Shown here: positions 31,544 through 37,518 of the stretch, piece after piece
How the letters are laid out: every line of letters starts with the position of its first letter
Position numbering within the stretch: the stretch's first letter is position 1
Assembly (NCBI GenBank): GCA_964487115.1
Contig: CAZAPD010000063.1
Location: forward strand, 1-37,518
Direction of reading: 5' to 3'
Source: an uncultured Thermococci archaeon
GTDB taxonomy: Archaea; Methanobacteriota_B; Thermococci; Thermococcales; Thermococcaceae
DNA: 37,518 nucleotides
The notes under the pieces: model-generated
The model's input: only the letters and a program-made list of their open reading frames with translations
Database searches by the model: none
Told to the model about the DNA's origin: nothing
Program-made: the position numbers and the translations under genes

Positions 31544-32044
31544 TTATAGAGTTTGAGTGCCCTTTAACTTCCGTCTGTGTTCCTCAATTACATCCATAAA
31601 ATACTCTCTGACGAATTTTTCATCTATAGCATCTCCATCTGGATGATTTATTCCCGGACAGAATTTGTCATCCCTTATATAAACCTTCAGGAGGGGACCG
31701 TGCCTTATGAGAATGAAGGGGTAGAGTTTACATGCCCGCGGTCTGTGGGGGTATATTTTACATCTATTGTTTTCATCCAGAAATATGCAGGCATCATCAA
31801 ATGGTCTCTTTTTGAGTGCATATCCAAGAAACTTATCTCCCCTATAGAACATTTTTTCATAATCCACAAATTCCCAAACATTGTATCCCAAGTCTTCTAT
31901 AAGGGCTATGTCTTCATCCCGTAGAGGGATATCAAGCTCTATGCAACACTTTCCACAGTTTTCGATGCACTTAAATTTAAAAGAAGAATCAGTTTTGAGC
32001 TCCAGAGTTTCTATGTTTATAACGGCTACCAGCCTTTTTTCCAA
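31544..32044 (-). CDS. YkgJ-family (CxxxCxxCC) cysteine-cluster protein, TTG start
   Basis: FKCIENCGKCC, CIFLD, CKIYPHRPRACKLYPF, CPG. Confidence 0.88.
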   Translation of the reverse strand: MEKRLVAVINIETLELKTDSSFKFKCIENCGKCCIELDIPLRDEDIALIEDLGYNVWEFVDYEKMFYRGDKFLGYALKKRPFDDACIFLDENNRCKIYPHRPRACKLYPFILIRHGPLLKVYIRDDKFCPGINHPDGDAIDEKFVREYFMDVIEEHRRKLKGTQTL

Positions 32045-32055
32045 CCAGCTACCCC

Positions 32056-32295
32056 CTAACTCCCGTAGGAGCTGGCTATAAGGGTTTCTGTCATTTCTAT
32101 CTCTTTTATTTTTCTTAGTATCTTATCATGGAATTCATCGAGTTCTTTTATGTTTTCTACTTCAATCCTTGCCACAATGTCATATTCCCCGTATAATCTA
32201 TAAATTTCCTTGACCTTTGATACATTTTTGAGTTTATTGAAGACCTTTTCTTCATTGCCCGGTTTCACAACTATGAGGACAAAAACTTCCATCAT
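32056..32295 (-). CDS. Stand-alone Lrp/AsnC ligand-binding (RAM) domain protein
   Basis: VFVLIVVKPG, LYGEYDIV, TETLIA; no HTH. Confidence 0.88.
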   Translation of the reverse strand: MMEVFVLIVVKPGNEEKVFNKLKNVSKVKEIYRLYGEYDIVARIEVENIKELDEFHDKILRKIKEIEMTETLIASSYGS

Positions 32296-32296
32296 A

Positions 32297-33637
32297 TCAC
32301 ATACCACCTAAATTAAATCCCCTTGCAAGTTTAGAAAGTTTTCTCTTATCCATGCTTTTAAAGAATTTTTTCATTTGGTTATACTGGTTCAGAAGTTCTT
32401 TCACATCCCTCGTGCTTGTTCCTGAGCCCCTTGCTATCCTTTTTATGCGTGAGTAGTTTATAATCTCGGGATGTTCCAGTTCTTCCTTTGTCATAGAATC
32501 CATTATTATCCTGAATTTTTTCAATCTTTCCTCACTAACCCTCACAGCGTCATCAGGCAGAGAATAACCCAGTCCGGGTATCATCTGGAGAATCTGTTTT
32601 AGAGGACCCATCTTGCTCATGGCCTCAAGCTGTGCATACATATCCTTCAGATTGAACTTTCCTTTGAGGAATTTTTCAACATCTTCCTCCTTTATCTCCT
32701 GTTGTTTGCTGAGCTCTTCAAATTTTTCAAGTAATCCTTCTATATCCCCCATTCCGAGCAGTCTTGAGACAAATCTCTTTGGGTCAAAGGGTTCCAGATC
32801 ATCTATTTTTTCCCCTGTCCCTATGAACTTTATTGGAGCTCCTGTAGCTGCAACCGCCGATAGAGCTCCTCCTCCTTTGGCTGAGCCATCGAGTTTGGTC
32901 ACGATTATCGAACCTAAGGGTGTTGCCTCCTTAAAGGCCAGAGCCTGATGATATGCCTGTTGACCAATTGTTCCATCTATAACTAAGATTACCTCATTGG
33001 GATTTATGACAGCACTTATTTCCTTCATCTCTTTCAGCAGGCCCTTTTCCTCTTTGTGTCTTCCAGCGGAATCAACGATGATTATATCGACACCTTTCTT
33101 CCTGAAATAATCCACGCCTTCTCTGGCAAGTTTTACTGCATTTTTCTCATCTGGATTACCGAATACCTCTATACCAAAAGGTTCAACGAGTTGTTTTAAT
33201 TGTTGGTATGCACCCGGACGCCATGTGTCAGAGCACACAAGACCGACTTTATAACCTTTTTTCTGGAAATATCTGGCCAGCTTTGCTATGCTTGTTGTCT
33301 TACCCGAACCCTGGATACCCACTGCTAATAGAATAGTGGGCTTTTCTCTTATCTCAATGGGTTTGGCCTCTCTTCCGAGAAAGCTTGTGAGCTCCTCATA
33401 GACGATTTTTATTATGTGCTCTTTTCTTGAAACGCCTGCAGGAGGTTTTTCTTCCAATGCCCTTTTTTCAATCTTCTTAGTCAATTGGAGAACAAGACGC
33501 ACATTAACATCAGCTTGAATGAGAGCCCTCTGGATATCTCTTACTATTTCTTTAACAAGTGCTTCATCAACAGTATTTGAACGGGCTAACTTTCTCAGGG
33601 CATTATTCAATGCTTTTCCAAGGTTTTCTAAAGCCAT
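32297..33637 (-). CDS. srp54: Signal recognition particle 54 kDa protein
   Basis: [42 protein letters not shown]-domain [11 protein letters not shown]. Confidence 0.98.
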   Translation of the reverse strand: MALENLGKALNNALRKLARSNTVDEALVKEIVRDIQRALIQADVNVRLVLQLTKKIEKRALEEKPPAGVSRKEHIIKIVYEELTSFLGREAKPIEIREKPTILLAVGIQGSGKTTSIAKLARYFQKKGYKVGLVCSDTWRPGAYQQLKQLVEPFGIEVFGNPDEKNAVKLAREGVDYFRKKGVDIIIVDSAGRHKEEKGLLKEMKEISAVINPNEVILVIDGTIGQQAYHQALAFKEATPLGSIIVTKLDGSAKGGGALSAVAATGAPIKFIGTGEKIDDLEPFDPKRFVSRLLGMGDIEGLLEKFEELSKQQEIKEEDVEKFLKGKFNLKDMYAQLEAMSKMGPLKQILQMIPGLGYSLPDDAVRVSEERLKKFRIIMDSMTKEELEHPEIINYSRIKRIARGSGTSTRDVKELLNQYNQMKKFFKSMDKRKLSKLARGFNLGGM

Positions 33638-33779
33638 TCTCACTCACCATAAGAGACAAAGCTTCAAAGTTTATAATTCTTAGGCTCTATGTTCCACATT
33701 ATCTCCCTAAAATTATGTAGCGAGGTACTCTTCCAGAGAGCTTAAAAACAAACAGATCCAGATACCTCTGGTGATCTGG

Positions 33780-34634
33780 ATGAAGGTTCACTATGAATGT
33801 TTATCCTGTATAGTAAATCAATCACAGAAGGTTGTGGAGCTGAGTACAGAGGATGTGGAGAAAAGGAAAGCGGCAATGATAAAGGCTGCAAAATTCTTGG
33901 GAGAACATTTTGATTATAATGCTATTCCTGCTATTCTTGGAAGTCAAGTTTTCTTAATGCTGTATGATTATCTTGGGAATAACGATCCATTTGAAGGATA
34001 CAAAACGAGATCAAATCTCCTTGCAAAATCTCTCGTTGAAGACCTCAAGAAAAAGCTGGATATTGAGTTAGAATCTGCCCTAAAGTTATCAATTGCGGGA
34101 AATGTCATAGATTTTGCTGTGGGGTATAATCCCGAGAAAATTGAGGAGGACATCATGAAAATGGTCGATGAGGAGCTCTATGTTGATAAAAGTATGGAGC
34201 TCTTTGAAAGTCTTAAAAAAGCTAAAACACTGCTCTATCTTACGGACAACTGCGGTGAGGTGTATTTTGACAGACTGTTCCTTGAGACCATCAAGGATGA
34301 GTTTCCTGAACTCAAAATTTATATTGCTGCCAAGGAGGGGCCGATAATCAACGATGCCACCGTAAAGGATCTTTTGAGGGCAGATTTTGATGAGCTGGGT
34401 GAAGTGATTTCCACAGGTAGCAGAATTGTGGGGGTTCCTCCGCAGGGTCTAAGCCCAACATTCTTGAGAGTATTTAGAGAGGTGGATGTTATAATAGCAA
34501 AAGGACAGGGCAACTTTGAGACTCTGAGTGAATTTGGGGATAAGAGGGTATTCTATCTCCTTAAAGCAAAGTGTCCTCCAATAGCCAGGGAGTTAGAAGT
34601 GCCCAGGGGGGCAATGGTCTGCACTCGGCATTGA
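33780..34634 (+). CDS. DUF89 / ARMT1-like damage-control phosphatase
   Basis: ECLSC, AGNVID, DNCGE, PIINDAT, AKGQGNFETL, LKAKC. Confidence 0.9.
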   Translation: MKVHYECLSCIVNQSQKVVELSTEDVEKRKAAMIKAAKFLGEHFDYNAIPAILGSQVFLMLYDYLGNNDPFEGYKTRSNLLAKSLVEDLKKKLDIELESALKLSIAGNVIDFAVGYNPEKIEEDIMKMVDEELYVDKSMELFESLKKAKTLLYLTDNCGEVYFDRLFLETIKDEFPELKIYIAAKEGPIINDATVKDLLRADFDELGEVISTGSRIVGVPPQGLSPTFLRVFREVDVIIAKGQGNFETLSEFGDKRVFYLLKAKCPPIARELEVPRGAMVCTRH

Positions 34635-34721
34635 ATTCGACAATCAACGATATTATTTTTAACGAAAAACGATTAGAAAGGTTTTTATATCACTATGTAG
34701 TATATACTTATGGTGATACCT

Positions 34722-34931
34722 ATGGCAACGATAGTTAAAAAGGATATTAACAAATTTGTTAGGGAATTGAAGATGCATTATAATGATGTTTGGAAGATTC
34801 CCAAGAGCGAATACCTTAAAAAACCTGATTTTGTTGTTGTAGACCCAAAATCTGGCAAAAAAATAAAAGTAAGCTATGTCTCTCTCGATGATGGAGAGAT
34901 AATTAGCGTTGTGTATGACGACCTAAGTTGA
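34722..34931 (+). CDS. Small hypothetical protein (69 aa)
   Basis: BRE/TATA GAAAGGTTTTTATA at about 34676-34689, SD GGTGA, T-rich tract after the stop. Confidence 0.75.
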   Translation: MATIVKKDINKFVRELKMHYNDVWKIPKSEYLKKPDFVVVDPKSGKKIKVSYVSLDDGEIISVVYDDLS

Positions 34932-35031
34932 TTTCGTTTTTTGTCTAATTGATTCTCAACATATTTCTAATTTTCAAAAACTATTGAAAATTATTAAATA
35001 CCTTTAATCCTACAAAGATAATGGTGGGAAT

Positions 35032-36348
35032 ATGAATAATATTGATATTTATCATGAAGTTCTTGATTTAGCTTCTCAAATAAGGGATAGATATCTTAGG
35101 GCAATAACCTATGCGAGAGTAGGGTATTATCTCTATAAATCCGGTTCAGAAACCTATAAAGAGGCATTTAAGTTATCCCTTGATGTTGTTAGTAAAATAG
35201 ATAATCCTCTGAGAGCTGTTATGGCTTTAATTGAAATTGGGAGTTATATCCAAAAGTGTAATCTAAAAAAAGCTGCTATGAGGATTTTTTACCAAGCCCA
35301 TGAAGTGATTAAGGAATTTCCCCAGCCTTTACATGATGAAATGCTGGAAACACTGGTCATGAGATTAATCGAACTTAGACTATTGGATGATGCTCTTTTC
35401 TATGCCAGGAATATAAGAGATGACGTAAAGAGAAATGATGCGCTACTTAAAATTCTTAAAGCATATTTAAAGGAAGAGAACATGAAGAGGGCATATATCA
35501 CTGTTAAATATATTCACGGAGAACCCTGGCATTCAATAGCGGCAATTGAGACACTTAAAGTTCACTTAAAGAGAGAAGAGTTTGGGAGTGCTATAAAAAT
35601 TCTAAAAAGCCTCAAAAGTGAGTACTGGCTTTCGGAAGCCATGCGTGAGGTTGCAGTGCATTTGAAGAATGCAGATGTTCCAAAGGAAACCTATGAAAAA
35701 TTTGTCGACATAGCCATCAGCATGCCAAGTTCGATCAGTCCTGATGTTTTACGTTCTTTGTTGATAGGTCTTGGAAGTTATGGTGAAACTTCCTTTGTCA
35801 TTAAAATTATACATACCCTTCCTGAAGAAGAAAAAGCCAAGATTCTTAGCGGGTTGATCTCTAACATAATAACTCAAGAAGTCCTCTTAGAGGAGTTAGT
35901 GGGAAATCTTGATAAGGAAGAGTTTGACTTGGTAGCAAAGATAATCTTGGATGAACTTCTCTCCAGAACCCCCGAATCGAGGTATAAGCAACTTGTTGAA
36001 AAATTGGGCTTTAACACAGAAAATGATTCAATTAAAGCAAAATCTGTTACTTATCTCTCAAAAATTGGAGAATATAACAGCGCAATAAAACTTGCCAAGC
36101 AAATTGAAGATACTTATGTCAGATCATTGGCGTTTGGAAGTGTGGCAGTTAGCATGTTGAGGGAAGGAAATATAGACGGAGCTATAGATGCTGCCTTGGA
36201 GGTCAAAGATCCAAAATGGGGATCATGGCTGTTGAGTGAAATTCTGACAAAGATACTTGAACTTCAAGCAGGAGAGAGTGTGGGGTATGACTTAGAGCAT
36301 AAAGCCCATAAACAGAAAGAACTCTGGGAAAAAGAATCAAGCGAATAA
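35032..36348 (+). CDS. Alpha-helical repeat (TPR/HEAT-like solenoid) hypothetical protein
   Basis: 438-aa ORF with recurring A-x3-A-x2-I-x-D-x3-R-x2-A units. Confidence 0.75.
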   Translation: MNNIDIYHEVLDLASQIRDRYLRAITYARVGYYLYKSGSETYKEAFKLSLDVVSKIDNPLRAVMALIEIGSYIQKCNLKKAAMRIFYQAHEVIKEFPQPLHDEMLETLVMRLIELRLLDDALFYARNIRDDVKRNDALLKILKAYLKEENMKRAYITVKYIHGEPWHSIAAIETLKVHLKREEFGSAIKILKSLKSEYWLSEAMREVAVHLKNADVPKETYEKFVDIAISMPSSISPDVLRSLLIGLGSYGETSFVIKIIHTLPEEEKAKILSGLISNIITQEVLLEELVGNLDKEEFDLVAKIILDELLSRTPESRYKQLVEKLGFNTENDSIKAKSVTYLSKIGEYNSAIKLAKQIEDTYVRSLAFGSVAVSMLREGNIDGAIDAALEVKDPKWGSWLLSEILTKILELQAGESVGYDLEHKAHKQKELWEKESSE

Positions 36349-36401
36349 ATCTGAAGAATAATGGTTTTAAACATTTTATTCTACTTATTTCAGGTGATAG
36401 C

Positions 36402-37205
36402 ATGCCAAGAATAGCCATTATTGGAGGTTCTGGAGTTTATGATCCAAAACTTCTGGAGAACATAAGGGAGGAGCTTGTAAGTACTCCCTATGGAAAAGTC
36501 AAGGTGAAAATTGGAGCTTACAAGGATGAGGAAATAGTCTTCCTGCCAAGACATGGTGAAAAACATAGCGTTCCGCCGCACAGAATAAATTACCATGCGA
36601 ATATCTGGGCTCTTCATGAGCTTGGTGTTGAAAGAATTCTGTCCACCTCAGCCGTTGGTTCGCTTAACGAAGACATGAAGCCAGGGGACTTCGTTGTTCT
36701 TGACCAGCTCTTGGACCTCAGTAAGAGCAGGCACTATACATTTTATGATGGAGAAGATTCACCTCATGACAGAAAGTTCGTGGCCCATGTGGACTTTACT
36801 GATCCTTACTGTCCAGAGCTGAGAAATGCACTGATTAGAGCCTCCAAAGAGTTAGGCTTTTTATATCATCCCACAGGAACATATGCCTGTATGGAAGGAC
36901 CACGCTTTGAAACGAGAGCAGAAATCAGGGCATTAAGAATTTTGGGGGCTGATGTTGTTGGCATGACCCAGTGTCCAGAGGCGATTCTTGCAAGGGAACT
37001 TGAGATGTGCTATGCAAGCGTTGCCATCATTACAAACTTTGCTGCCGGAATAAGTCCACAGAAGCTAACCCACAGTGAGGTTGTTGAGTTGATGGCAAAG
37101 AAAAGCGAAGAAATAAAGTATCTGCTGATGAAAGCAGTTGAATACATTCCAAGGGAGAGGAGATGTGGCTGTAAGGATGCTTTGAGAGGAGCGACTGCTG
37201 AGTGA
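36402..37205 (+). CDS. mtnP: S-methyl-5'-thioadenosine phosphorylase (MTAP/PNP family)
   Basis: IIGGSG, LPRHG, SAVGSL, EGPRFETRAE, DVVGMT, TNFAAG, C-terminal CxC. Confidence 0.93.
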   Translation: MPRIAIIGGSGVYDPKLLENIREELVSTPYGKVKVKIGAYKDEEIVFLPRHGEKHSVPPHRINYHANIWALHELGVERILSTSAVGSLNEDMKPGDFVVLDQLLDLSKSRHYTFYDGEDSPHDRKFVAHVDFTDPYCPELRNALIRASKELGFLYHPTGTYACMEGPRFETRAEIRALRILGADVVGMTQCPEAILARELEMCYASVAIITNFAAGISPQKLTHSEVVELMAKKSEEIKYLLMKAVEYIPRERRCGCKDALRGATAE

Positions 37206-37261
37206 GTTTTGTTCCTGTTAATTTTCTGTCCTTGAAGTTATCCGGTTGGAGAATTGTGGGG

Positions 37262-37339
37262 TGGCGCCCCGGCGGGGATTCGAACCCCGGATCTCGAGGT
37301 CCGCAGCCTCGCGCCCTATCCAGACTAGGCCACCGGGGC
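37262..37339 (-). tRNA. tRNA-Arg(GCG)
   Basis: Reverse complement GCCCCGG...CGAGG-CT-GCG-GA-CCTCG...CCGGGGC-G-CCA. Confidence 0.96.
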
Positions 37340-37366
37340 AGGCCAGTTAATCTTTTCAAGGGTGGA

Positions 37367-37408
37367 TTTATAAATTTATCCGTGGAAGTGGAGCGAAAAG
37401 CTTATAAA
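37367..37408. promoter_or_regulatory. Back-to-back promoters for the divergent tRNA-Arg and tRNA-Gly
   Basis: TTTATAAA at 37367-37374 (27 nt from the Arg 5' end) and CGAAAAGC-TTATAAA at 37394-37408 (32 nt from the Gly 5' end). Confidence 0.65.
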
Positions 37409-37440
37409 TTACCCTCAGCTCATTAACTAACGGCAGCAGA

Positions 37441-37518
37441 GCGGTGGTAGTCTAGTCTGGTCTAGGACTGCGGCCTGCCACGCCGCAAGCCCGGGTTCAA
37501 ATCCCGGCCACCGCACCA
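37441..37518 (+). tRNA. tRNA-Gly(GCC)
   Basis: GCGGTGG/CCACCGC, GCGGC-CT-GCC-AC-GCCGC, encoded CCA at the last base of the window. Confidence 0.96.

Noticed and set aside
37030..37426. ORFs 37030-37359 (-) and 37202-37426 (+)
   Set aside because: They overlap tRNA-Arg(GCG); spurious GC-rich frames.

Overview
Core chromosomal region of a Thermococcales archaeon (Thermococcus-like proteins, GGTGA/GAGGTG Shine-Dalgarno sites, BRE/TATA promoters). About 0.5-27 kb is the ribosomal/RNA-polymerase super-operon: SPOUT methyltransferase, rpl3 to rpl15, secY, adk, DUF106, L34e, cmk, L14e, cbf5, then S13-S4-S11-rpoD, L18e-L13-S9-rpoN-rpoK, an enolase-like gene, S2 and L40e, with interspersed tRNAs. The last 10 kb holds housekeeping and regulatory genes (PadR, FUN14, flippase, degenerate metallophosphoesterase, Lrp proteins, HTH-PRTase, YkgJ, SRP54, DUF89, a helical-repeat protein, MTAP). 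There are 7 tRNA genes. I saw no CRISPR array, transposase or rRNA. The most notable irregularities are: a GC-rich patch inside rpl3 and a GC-rich cbf5 block (possible recombination tracts); an odd start-codon arrangement around aIF1 and Rpp29; a methyltransferase whose stop codon lies inside tRNA-Ser; two apparent pseudoenzymes; a HicA-like relic; a triply frameshifted membrane gene; and tandem palindromes in front of an archaeal ATPase. All calls come from reading the sequence; no database search was run, and GC figures are hand counts.
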